A stretch of 64,000 bases of DNA from IMG/VR virus record IMGVR_UViG_3300024999_000030, positions 268,731-332,730 of that record; one strand, 5' to 3'. Below the pieces are notes generated by a model. It had not been told where the DNA came from and did no database searches. It was given only the letters and a program-made list of their open reading frames with translations. Shown one piece after another: positions 36,692 through 46,800 of the stretch (position 1 is the first letter of the stretch; each line of letters begins with the position of its first letter). Both the position numbers and the translations under genes were made by a program.

Positions 36692-37452
36692 TGCGAGGCG
36701 CAAGTGTTGCTAGACATCCCGACATAGATCATATAATAAGGTTAGTTAAAGCCGGTCAAGGTGCACGCAACATTACGAGTATTATTAATCGTAAATATGT
36801 AGCGGCTCCTAGATATCAAGTCAATTGGATTACCGTAAATGATTTTATTAAAAATTACTTACATTTAGATAAAAAACAAAGAGAAGTTCTCCGGGCCGAA
36901 GCTAAGGCAAATGGAATGGTGGTCTCTAGTGGTCAAATGAAAGAATTAGCCATTCAATCAACCCTGAATCAAAAGACTGATATATTAGATATACAAGAGA
37001 TATTAGCTGAGCGTGAGTTAGATGTTAAAGAAGAACTAGAAAAACTTTACGGTACAGCTCTTTCTGAAATAGATTCGATTAATGCTAAAGTTACTTCAAT
37101 GGGAGATAGGGATTTTGTTGCTGGTAAGGCCACTTTAATAGCAGCTATTGATCAGGTGCGAAAAATTATTGCGGATGTTAGAACTGATCAGTTGGAAGCT
37201 AAGCTATCTAAACATAATGACAATAATCAGGTTGTCTTAAATTTTAATCAAGTTAATGCTCACGTAGATGCTATTAAGCAAGCAGTGGTAGAAACATTTA
37301 GGGAGCAAGGTATGTTACAACAATTGCCAGATTTTCTTAATAAATTATCTGGTAAACTATCTAAGTTGAGCGAAGTTAAGGTTACAACGGCAACGGGAGA
37401 AACGGTTACAATTCAACGACAGAGTTTATCCAATGGAGGGCACGATGAATAA
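36691..37452 (+). CDS. HTH + coiled-coil protein (possible terminase small subunit)
   Basis: N-terminal HPDIDHIIRLVKAGQGARNITSII HTH-like segment then long amphipathic helices. The functional call is speculative. Confidence 0.55.
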   Translation: MRGASVARHPDIDHIIRLVKAGQGARNITSIINRKYVAAPRYQVNWITVNDFIKNYLHLDKKQREVLRAEAKANGMVVSSGQMKELAIQSTLNQKTDILDIQEILAERELDVKEELEKLYGTALSEIDSINAKVTSMGDRDFVAGKATLIAAIDQVRKIIADVRTDQLEAKLSKHNDNNQVVLNFNQVNAHVDAIKQAVVETFREQGMLQQLPDFLNKLSGKLSKLSEVKVTTATGETVTIQRQSLSNGGHDE

Positions 37453-38302
37453 AGCTGGGTATCCTCAGCCGACTACATATAATATGAATGAGTTTACAAC
37501 TCAACCCACAGATTTAGAAAGATGGTCTGTGGCATATAAAAACATATGGAGGTTGGTTGAAATTACAGGCACTCCGTTAGGACAAGCTAAGTCTATTATT
37601 TTGCGTGGATGGAAAGATACTGAGATTTCTAGATTTTCATCTTGGATGTCTTATTATGAAAATAAAGATGACATTAAATATAAAAATGTAGATAAATTGA
37701 GTTATTTAGATTGTGATTTCAATATGATAAAACAGGCCGCGCTCAAGGTTGCTGATAACCAAAAATTGTCTACAGAAATGATTAGTCGTATTAAAGAAGC
37801 TAAAACAGTCCAAACTGTTGTTGATTTAATTTATGTGATGAAAAAAGATAAAGTAAAAACTGCAGCCGAAGAAGGCCCGCATAATAAAGAAAGAATGATG
37901 AAAATTTTTAATGTAGTTAGAGATGTTAATAATGAAGTGGCAAGAAAAAAGATAGTGCGTAACTTAGCTCGTGTCTTGTCAATGGATACAGAGGGTTTGT
38001 TTCCAGAAATTCCACAAGCGCTTTCTAAGCTTATTGATGCTTATTCATATTCCGCATCTCGAATTCAAGATGTAATGAATAGACTTGGATTACAAATTAG
38101 TATGATTCCATCTGAAGACGATGGCGAAGAGGGAGAAAAAATTTCACCCGAGGAAGCTAAAGAGAGTTTTTTAGCTCCTAAAGAAAACAAAGAAAAGGCG
38201 AAACCATCTTCCGCTCCAACTCCCGCCATCGCCCCTTTAAATAAACCTTCAACGAAACCAGAAACGCCAATTATTCCCAGACCAGAGAATAGAGGGGTAT
38301 AA
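37445..38302 (+). CDS. Hypothetical protein, putative virion protein
   Basis: GGAGG RBS. IKQAALKVA and VKTAA motifs, Pro-rich tail. Confidence 0.75.
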   Translation: MNKAGYPQPTTYNMNEFTTQPTDLERWSVAYKNIWRLVEITGTPLGQAKSIILRGWKDTEISRFSSWMSYYENKDDIKYKNVDKLSYLDCDFNMIKQAALKVADNQKLSTEMISRIKEAKTVQTVVDLIYVMKKDKVKTAAEEGPHNKERMMKIFNVVRDVNNEVARKKIVRNLARVLSMDTEGLFPEIPQALSKLIDAYSYSASRIQDVMNRLGLQISMIPSEDDGEEGEKISPEEAKESFLAPKENKEKAKPSSAPTPAIAPLNKPSTKPETPIIPRPENRGV

Positions 38303-39954
38303 TGAAAGACGATATTAAAGGGCCCATGGATATAGACATTAATGACGCATCAAATTCTCCCCCAATTGCGGACACCACAATGATTGGGGGTGGCGATGAT
38401 AATGTTCTTCCGTTGGACACTGACGTGAGAAAGTTAAAAATAAAACTACGAAAGATGGCAGAAGCGGATGAACCATCAAAGAAAACATCTGTATTAGGTG
38501 ACGATTTATTATATGCTAAAATATATGCTCCCTTTGATGATATGGTATCTAAAACTGTTATTTTTTTCTCTTCAGACAGATTCAAAAATATTATAGATAA
38601 TGATATATCATTATCTAATCACATAAGAGAAACATATGAAACTATAGAAAAAATTAGAAAACCTCAAGCCCAAAACGCAGACGTGTCTAAGTATTGGTTT
38701 ATGGGGACAATAAGTAAGGTATTTAAAGCCTATGTTGATTCGGTAGATGTTAAATCTAAATCTATGTTTTCAAATGCTAATATAGCAAGTGGTATGTTGT
38801 CAACTCTTATTGAAAAACATCATGACCCCGAAGCAGGAAGTTTATATGCGGGGGGAATGGAGGAGAATGCAATCGGGTCAGCTAAGCATGTTCTTGAATT
38901 GATTAAAGATCTTAATCCACAAGAACTTGTTCAAAATGCTTTATTACATCACGCCTTTGCTAGATTATTATATATTTATGTAACGTATCAGTGGTTCAGT
39001 TCACTTAAACGTTTGGAAGGTGGGCTATCATCTATCTATCCTACGGCTACTTTAATGTCAGTTAAATCAAAAAGAAAAATTATTTCCACTATTCAAATGG
39101 CGCTTGACTCTGCCGGATTTCTACGCCCACCTAAACCCTGGCCCTCTTCAGTGTCAGACGTTAGAATTATATCCTCTAAAGCTTATGAAGTTTTGGGAGA
39201 TTTTCCATTTTTAGGTGTTGCTATTGATAATGATGTAGCGGTGGCCCTTGAGCGTGCTTCTAAAATTAAAGCCATAGAATTTCTTCAAAGTAATTATGAT
39301 AACATTATACTAGAAAGAAAAGACAGAAAAGGAAAAGTAATATATGATAAATCTTTTTTTGACGATGTTAGTCAAATAGAAGAGATTAAAAAACAAGATA
39401 AACTTTTAATATATATGAAAATAGTAAATCAAATTTTAGCAATAAAATTACCAGAACTGTTAGATATCAATAGATATAATTTTAAAGAAAGTCGCCTCGC
39501 TCCTAGGGCACATACCCTGAGCACTATGAAGGCTATTTCCACATTACTTTCAGCGGTTAAAACTCGTCCCCTCGCGGAAAATAAAATTGACGAGTATTCC
39601 ACGTTTATTATGCAATTGATATGGGCAAAAATCCAATATGATTGGCGTACCTCTATGCAAGATTCTGATATAATTGATTCTCCTGTGTTTGTTTCTTTAG
39701 ATAAAGCTGTTTATCACGAATCTAAAGCCAGTCGAGCTAGATTTAATTTCTTTTTTAATCAACAAACAGCCCCTAAGCAAGACAAAACCATAGACACGGA
39801 GTGGTCAAAAACAGTTGTATACTCAGATAGAACAGATAAATCTTTTAATACAGCGGCAACCTGGAAGGAGACACATCCCCTAAAACCAGAAATAAAAATA
39901 CAAGATGTGGACTTAGTCGGATTGTTTAATTCAATGCTGAAAGAATTGAGGTGA
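38302..39954 (+). CDS. Hypothetical protein (550 aa)
   Basis: Coupled ORF with an acidic N-terminal extension ending LRKMA. Confidence 0.78.
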   Translation: MKDDIKGPMDIDINDASNSPPIADTTMIGGGDDNVLPLDTDVRKLKIKLRKMAEADEPSKKTSVLGDDLLYAKIYAPFDDMVSKTVIFFSSDRFKNIIDNDISLSNHIRETYETIEKIRKPQAQNADVSKYWFMGTISKVFKAYVDSVDVKSKSMFSNANIASGMLSTLIEKHHDPEAGSLYAGGMEENAIGSAKHVLELIKDLNPQELVQNALLHHAFARLLYIYVTYQWFSSLKRLEGGLSSIYPTATLMSVKSKRKIISTIQMALDSAGFLRPPKPWPSSVSDVRIISSKAYEVLGDFPFLGVAIDNDVAVALERASKIKAIEFLQSNYDNIILERKDRKGKVIYDKSFFDDVSQIEEIKKQDKLLIYMKIVNQILAIKLPELLDINRYNFKESRLAPRAHTLSTMKAISTLLSAVKTRPLAENKIDEYSTFIMQLIWAKIQYDWRTSMQDSDIIDSPVFVSLDKAVYHESKASRARFNFFFNQQTAPKQDKTIDTEWSKTVVYSDRTDKSFNTAATWKETHPLKPEIKIQDVDLVGLFNSMLKELR

Positions 39955-39957
39955 TAA

Positions 39958-42465
39958 ATGTCTAATATTTTAATTGCTGAGGATAAAACCGCTCCCTCGT
40001 ATGTAGAACAATTTAATTCTAAGATTGCTATAGATGTAGATCAAGCAGGACAATATAGTGGACTTAAGGTTTTATCTTCTGGTAAAGATTATTTTATTAT
40101 GACTCGCTCATCTAGATCGGAAGATATAACCGTTAATCTTATTTTAACAATAATGTCTGGAAATTTTAGCGGCTCCTCAATTAAAAGAATGGAAAGAGTT
40201 TCTCCAATGGTCCCCGGGACCCAACGTCTATCAGACCAAAAAATAGACACAACTTCAACCAATGTGTTTAAATCTACAGTAGGTGTGGCCCTGAATGATA
40301 TTTATATGAGGGCAATTGGAATGCATAAGGTTTTATCTGGAGAAGATGTAAACCTTTCTCCTCTTGGTGGTAAATCTATAAAAGATGAAATTGAGGAATC
40401 AAGAAGAGAGGTATCACAATTATTACAAAGTTATCTTCAAATATATAATAAACCATTAGGTTCAGTTTCAATTGATGTTAATGAAATTTTATCTTTTGCA
40501 ATGGCTAAGTATGCAATTGAATTGGAAAATTTAGCTATGCAAAATCTCAATAGTTTAATGATGCCAATTATGAGTAATGTTATAATTCCAGAAGCAAAAA
40601 AACTCACTAAAGATTTAGTTAACAAAACAATTCAAGAGTGGAAAGATGGTATTAAATCTGGAGATCCAAGAGAGATTTTGGGATCATCAGACTATCAAGC
40701 TTTAAGTTCCAATCTCTTTAAGCCCCTAGAGAACATGTATAGAGATATGGTAGTATCAGCTAACAAATCTGCGGATGTTATGATTAGTGTTGTTGAAAGA
40801 GTAACGGATGGATATAGCAAAGCTTTAGATAGCGTAATTAAAGAAGGTATTGATAATTATTTTATTTCTTCGACTCTTAAATTAGCCACAGATTCTGCAT
40901 TACAACCAAGTGTTATACATATGGTTTCTCAATATTCATCGATAAATGCAGTAGCACAGGCAATTCCCCGAGCAGCTAAGGTTTTTTTCCATGCCATAGA
41001 TGACAAAGTAAAAAACACTTCTGGCGAAAATAAATCGTGGAATGTTGTTAATATAGCTCCACATTTGATTCAAACAAAACCAATGGATACTTTTCAGGAT
41101 AGGGCTATGGCTGCTTCTCCATCGGTAAACTTATTATCATTAACTAAAACAGCTGCCCTTGAACTTATGGCTAATGGAAAAATTAATGATGCTTTGGTGG
41201 TTACTAAAATAGCAGCGAATTTATCCCGAGCTGATAATTTCAGTACAGATAATCTTAATTTACTTTATTTTGCTTTACAGGCAGTGGATAGTATAAGTAC
41301 GGGAGAGGGAGGAAGAGCTATTAAATTGACGGGTATTGTTTCTGGTCGTGCTAAAATAGGAGACTCTATTCGCAAAATAGCTTTTCCATTAACTAAAAAC
41401 ATTCCTATTCTACAAGACAATCTGAGAGTTATGACGAGTATAGATAAAGTAGTTTTAATGTTGGAAGTAAAAGATGAAATGCTTAAAGAATACAGTGAGG
41501 CTATAATGGCCACCCTTGACTTAGACTCAGTTAGAAAGAAAGAATTAAGTCAATTTGGGGAGTGGGGACAATTTGGTAAAGATGGAATAATGCTTAGAAC
41601 TTGTCAGTCTGTAGCGGATATTATAGAGGTTTTACAAGAGTTATTTATTATATCTACGGCCATTGCTGTGGGACCATATGGTAAAGATTTATTGATTTCT
41701 TTATCTGCTGCTAAACAGATGGAAGATTTAGATGAAAGAAGACAAAGTTTAGCTACTGAAGTTAAAAAATCTATAGATTGGTATAGTGCAACAGTTCAAA
41801 AACATAAGGGTCAACTTCCTCAATCAGCTTATACAAAAGACTGGATGAGTCAATTAAGGGCCCACACGATTACTTCTATGCGGGATATAGATGATTACTA
41901 TAATAGTGTATATATACCTTCCCTTGAGGCTGTGAGAGAGGCTGGCGCCTACATGGGACAGCTTATGAGGTCTGGTAATTTACCAAATAGTTTTGCTCAA
42001 TTGGTGTATGCAAAAGTTAGGTCTCAAACATTCGACTCTTGCCCATTCGGTTTAATAATTCCAAAGGGGTGTCAGTCGGCTGGGAGATTTATTGATAAAT
42101 TAGATCCTGTTTTGCAAAATGATAAAGAGGAAGAGGCTGCTAAAAAAGAAGCAAGTAATAGATATAAATTACATGAAGCAATAGAGGACAGTAAAATTGA
42201 ACCTTGTAAATGTAAATATTTACGTTCCCTTATGGAAGAACATAATGTACCCTCAGTGGTGTGTAATTGGGGAGAGGGGGACGGATTAGGACACGATTCA
42301 ATCGATTTTACTGAAGGTTTAGGAGCATACTATCCGAACACCTTCATGAGTGGCTTGTTCAGTTTGCCGTCTGCTTTGGGCCCAGAGGGTCGTGAATCTT
42401 GGTTTGCTAGGTCACCCGGCACCACCCCATTTGGGCAGACCTCATGGACGACTCCCGGCCTATAG
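39958..42465 (+). CDS. Hypothetical protein (835 aa) with C-terminal Cys-rich domain
   Basis: GAGGTG RBS. TKTAA and TKIAA motifs; CPFG...C...CKC...C. Confidence 0.8.
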   Translation: MSNILIAEDKTAPSYVEQFNSKIAIDVDQAGQYSGLKVLSSGKDYFIMTRSSRSEDITVNLILTIMSGNFSGSSIKRMERVSPMVPGTQRLSDQKIDTTSTNVFKSTVGVALNDIYMRAIGMHKVLSGEDVNLSPLGGKSIKDEIEESRREVSQLLQSYLQIYNKPLGSVSIDVNEILSFAMAKYAIELENLAMQNLNSLMMPIMSNVIIPEAKKLTKDLVNKTIQEWKDGIKSGDPREILGSSDYQALSSNLFKPLENMYRDMVVSANKSADVMISVVERVTDGYSKALDSVIKEGIDNYFISSTLKLATDSALQPSVIHMVSQYSSINAVAQAIPRAAKVFFHAIDDKVKNTSGENKSWNVVNIAPHLIQTKPMDTFQDRAMAASPSVNLLSLTKTAALELMANGKINDALVVTKIAANLSRADNFSTDNLNLLYFALQAVDSISTGEGGRAIKLTGIVSGRAKIGDSIRKIAFPLTKNIPILQDNLRVMTSIDKVVLMLEVKDEMLKEYSEAIMATLDLDSVRKKELSQFGEWGQFGKDGIMLRTCQSVADIIEVLQELFIISTAIAVGPYGKDLLISLSAAKQMEDLDERRQSLATEVKKSIDWYSATVQKHKGQLPQSAYTKDWMSQLRAHTITSMRDIDDYYNSVYIPSLEAVREAGAYMGQLMRSGNLPNSFAQLVYAKVRSQTFDSCPFGLIIPKGCQSAGRFIDKLDPVLQNDKEEEAAKKEASNRYKLHEAIEDSKIEPCKCKYLRSLMEEHNVPSVVCNWGEGDGLGHDSIDFTEGLGAYYPNTFMSGLFSLPSALGPEGRESWFARSPGTTPFGQTSWTTPGL

Positions 42466-42467
42466 TA

Positions 42468-42475
42468 TATTAATA
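42468..42475 (+). promoter_or_regulatory. TATTAATA motif (candidate late promoter)
   Basis: Core octamer in the intergenic gap. Confidence 0.45.
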
Positions 42476-42510
42476 AGTTTATATCTAAATTGCAATGTTG
42501 GAGGAGTAAA

Positions 42511-43251
42511 ATGAAATATGAGATTGCCACTGATCTTCAGGTAAAGAGCGAAGCTAAAGAGCCTGTTGTCGCAGCAGAACTTTCTATTAACGATAAAATA
42601 AAGAAAGAAGCTTCTGGCCGCCACGTTTATGATGTAGACTCTGCTAGTGGGAAAGAGGCATACGGTAGAAGTCTTGATTCCGCTATTGAATTTCTGTGGG
42701 AAAAGGTAAATCGTAGTGTTGACGTGAGGGCAGATAATAAACTCTCTATTCAACGTGCAGCTAGCTATTATGGTGAAATTGATAAGGCTATTTCTACCAT
42801 CGTTCGTTCTGATGTAGCTGGTATAATGTCTAATGAAGATCTATCTAAGTTTGAAGAAATCCGCATTGCTATTAATAAAAAACATGAGGATGTTCTTAAA
42901 ACCGCATTAGCAGTACACAACAAACCATCTAACGATGAGTGTTTGGAATGTGGTACGTTACTATATGGCGGTAAATGCATTGCCTGTGAGGGTGATGGCG
43001 ATATGGTTAAAGAGGCAGGTTCCCCCGCATTACAATTCTTTGAGAGTGGTTTTATTGTTGGAGTTGCCACCGACATTATGAATTATGTTGTTACTTCAGG
43101 TATGAACTTAACTGATGCGGTTAACACTGCCAAAGAATCATTCGGACTTACAAAACGTGAGGAATATCGTTTGCGTAAATATCTTAACTATATGGGAATG
43201 GTTGCGCCGCAAATGATTTGGCTTCCTCCTTCGGAAACTAGATTTTCTTAA
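42511..43251 (+). CDS. Hypothetical protein with zinc ribbon, putative virion protein
   Basis: GGAGGAG RBS before ATG 42511. CLECG...CIAC; KEA and KTA motifs. Confidence 0.78.
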   Translation: MKYEIATDLQVKSEAKEPVVAAELSINDKIKKEASGRHVYDVDSASGKEAYGRSLDSAIEFLWEKVNRSVDVRADNKLSIQRAASYYGEIDKAISTIVRSDVAGIMSNEDLSKFEEIRIAINKKHEDVLKTALAVHNKPSNDECLECGTLLYGGKCIACEGDGDMVKEAGSPALQFFESGFIVGVATDIMNYVVTSGMNLTDAVNTAKESFGLTKREEYRLRKYLNYMGMVAPQMIWLPPSETRFS

Positions 43252-43269
43252 AAATGGGGGCTCTCACAT

Positions 43270-43830
43270 ATGGCAATAAAAACCTGGAAGGAGTTGCTAT
43301 CTGCCATAGATCCAACTCTGGACGCATCTAATATAGCTTTAACACAAATTTCTGCTAGTTTAGAACTGCCCGACGGAAGAAAGATTGACCTTCCAATCCG
43401 GGCAGATTCTACTGTAGATAGTCTTAAAGCAGCCTTTACTCTTCCTTCTCCCCCAAAAGAAGAGCCTGAACCTGAATCTCAACCACAGATTTTACCAACG
43501 GCTCCTAAAATAACAAGTAAAATGCGTCAGTTCATGAGAGAGTTTTTTGAAACTGAAGCTGATCAAAAAGAATTTATAGAGTTTGCTGCTTTTGATGATA
43601 AGGCTAAGCAGTTTTTTGGCGACGTGTCTAATCCTATAGAGGCCTATGAAACTGAATATCAAGCTATTCCTGGTGTTACAGATTTAGAAAAATTTAAGAA
43701 TTTCTTATATAATAAACCCACGCCCGCATCCCAACCTACCCCTGAGGCAAAAGTTGAGACGCAGCCTATCCCAGCTCCCGCTCTTACTAATAAATCGGTA
43801 GGCAAGGGCCCCAAGAAAAAGAAACAGTAA
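43270..43830 (+). CDS. Hypothetical Pro-rich protein
   Basis: 186-aa ORF with Pro/Glu linkers and a Lys-rich tail. Confidence 0.72.
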   Translation: MAIKTWKELLSAIDPTLDASNIALTQISASLELPDGRKIDLPIRADSTVDSLKAAFTLPSPPKEEPEPESQPQILPTAPKITSKMRQFMREFFETEADQKEFIEFAAFDDKAKQFFGDVSNPIEAYETEYQAIPGVTDLEKFKNFLYNKPTPASQPTPEAKVETQPIPAPALTNKSVGKGPKKKKQ

Positions 43831-43866
43831 GACAGATTAGTCCCCTATTATAAGACGGAGGAACGT

Positions 43867-46800
43867 ATGGCTTTCACCCTGTATTCCGCTAAAGGTAAAG
43901 AAAAGGAAACTAAGACACCTAAAGGCCTAGAGGAAGTTGAAACTTTATTTCCAGGCCAGGGCTCTCTTCAGTCCGCACAAACCGCTCTGCAGGCTACCCC
44001 TAAAAAACCTAAGGCCGAAAAGAAAGAGCTGGTAAAATCCAAGGGTAAACCAAAATTAACAACTAAAGAATCTCCAGAGGCACTTGATTTAGAGGAATCT
44101 GAGCAACCAGAAGATACTTCTAGTTCTTTGGCGGAAACTTTTGAAAAAGCGGAATCGATTACCAGGAAAAAGGGACCATATAGTTTTAATGCTAACTCTC
44201 AATATGAAATTGATACGGACCCGTATTATAGAGTATTTGAACATCGTGGTAAAACTATTATTTCTAGTCAGCCAGACACATATATCGTTATGGATTATAA
44301 AACCGGTTCTTATAATGTGGGATATAAACTTGGGGATGGATCTGTATCTTGGTCTAGATTAACTTCACGCAGTAAAGTTTTAGTTGCTAAAATGGTTAAA
44401 GCTTTGGAAAATGTACCAAGTGATCCAGAAGCAATCAACAATCCCAATGAACCTCAAGGGTCCATGGATTGGGGACAAAGACTCGGAAAATTCTTACACC
44501 TCACTAAACGCGCAGTTGCTTATGGTAATGCTGCTATCTTTAATATTTATATTGCGTCTGGTGAAGGAATTATTCCAGAACCAGATTGGCAAAATAAAAC
44601 TTTTGTAAAATCTGGCGAGTATTATAAGCCGGTTGGGGAAACTTGGGAACCAGAAGAAGCCTTTGTGTGGTATAAGGTTATAGCTTCTGTTTTAGGAACA
44701 CCACAAGAGTGTTTACTTGGAATGGCTAAGCATCGTGGAACCTCTACATTTGACATATATATTGCTGATGTAGACGGTTCAAATTCTCATAAAGCCAGAA
44801 TAGCTGATATAAAATTGTTTAATTATATTTCTGGTGATCAAATTGATATCACGGAAATTAATGATTATTATGAAAAATTTTCCAATAAAGAATCAGCCAA
44901 GCAAGTTGTTTCGGCAGACACAATTGCTACAGATCTTGCCACTGAAGAGGTTAACAAACTTGATTCTTCTACATTCTTCTTTGTTGATGGAAACGCCCCC
45001 AAAAGAATTATAACAGGAACTAGATATGAAATTTTAAGAGAAGGAAGCAAAGCATATATTAAAGCAGCTAGTGGTCCAGCTAAAGCGTTTCATTCTGATC
45101 TTAATTTAAGAACAGCTTTAAATGCTGAATCTATTCCCCTTTCAGAAATAGACCAGGTAGCCAGAATCACCAATAGAAAATCAGGTTTTTACCATGCTGA
45201 TATGAAAGCGAAAATGGAAAATGTAATAGCCCAAGGACACGCTGTTCAGTTTGAAATAGGGTCTATGGGAGACGATGGGACTTTTTATCCAACAGGTAAA
45301 GATGAAGACGTTTTCTGGGCAATCATTCCTACAGGTAGGGATTTTTATATGGAGGTGTCTAAGATTGAAGGTGGTTCTGCTTCTATTACTGCTGACACTA
45401 AAACATTGGAAATGGTGTCTACCTCCCCTGCAAGTCCAGATCAACTTAAAGTAGTGTCTAAACTTATTAGTTCTGTGTATCCGGTTTTCTCTAAAGAAAC
45501 ATATGGGGATGAGGCCCTTAGAGAGCAATTCTCATCGTTATTAATTACACCCCCACCCAATCCATTATATGGTTTTGATTTAACTTCTAAGCATAAACAA
45601 TCTAAAGAATTGCTTTTATTATTTATAAATTATATGTTTAATAATTTAGAAGCTAAATTAACTAAAGACACTGATTATGCAATTACAAGTAAAGAAAATG
45701 TGCTCGCTAAAGTAGATTCTTATTTAGGTAGAGTCACTAAATTAGATGCAGATAGCTTAGCACAATTGTTTTTTGGATCTCCTATAACTCATATTAATGC
45801 TGATTATATTGATAAATTTTATGAAGATATAGTGGGCGCAGGTGCCGATCAAGACTTAGCCTCCACCGAAGAGGGTTTAGGTCAACTTCGCCGCCGTGGT
45901 AAATTTGTAGATTCATATATTCAAAGCCCCATGATAGGGCAGCAAGAAGCGGGTAAATGGTTTATTAAGGCTGTGGAAGCAGTTACTATTGAACCCAGTG
46001 GTATATATGTTATTGAAAAAACTAAACATGGTACGACTAAGAAAAAACAAAATATCTATTTAGCTGAAAGAAATCTTGATTTTGAAAGTGGTACAGACAC
46101 TAGTCGTTTACCTTTTGGTGCTGTGTCTTTCAGTATGATAGATTTTAGAACTGGAAATATAGTCGCCAATGTTATGGCTAAAGAATCCGGTAAATATAAT
46201 TTTCAAGAAATATCTAAAGATGATTTTATTAAAGCATTTTACTCCAGTAGGCCCACTCAAGAGACGCTTGCTCAACGCTTAACTTCCGATCTGAAGGGTA
46301 TCGGATTAACCACGCCTAAAGCAAAAACCGTGTCTAAGCAATTGGTTGGTCAATTAGCAGCCTTATTATCTGACCCAGAAATTATTGCTAATATTCTTGG
46401 TGTTCCAGAAGAAGATGTAGCAACCTGGTTACACGGCCCCGATAAACTAGATGAAAAAATTCTTGCAGAAACCATTGCGTATTTTTCTTCGTTGTTAGGG
46501 GAAGATAAATACATGGGCCCATCCGTGGCCCTAGAATTAGAAAAACTAGTTTCGCAGCTCACGACTAAAGCTAAAAAATTTAATGCTAAAGATTTTATAG
46601 AATCAGCTCCAACAATTGCTGCTGAACTTATGCTTATTGTTTTGAATAAATTACGTGGGACTGACCTTATGTATAAGGTGGCTACTGAGGCCCGCAGGTC
46701 CCTAGACGCTTACTATAATAATACTGGTACTGCCGCATTTGTTAAGGTGTCCACTGGCTTATATAGTGGTCCATGCGCAGTTTTTTCTGATAAAAAAGAT

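Noticed and set aside
18008-42510. Upstream start codons given by the track (18008, 21583, 24567, 28572, 29865, 32183, 42490)
   Set aside because: In each case a downstream in-frame ATG has a clear SD at proper spacing, and the extension overlaps the previous gene or promoter.
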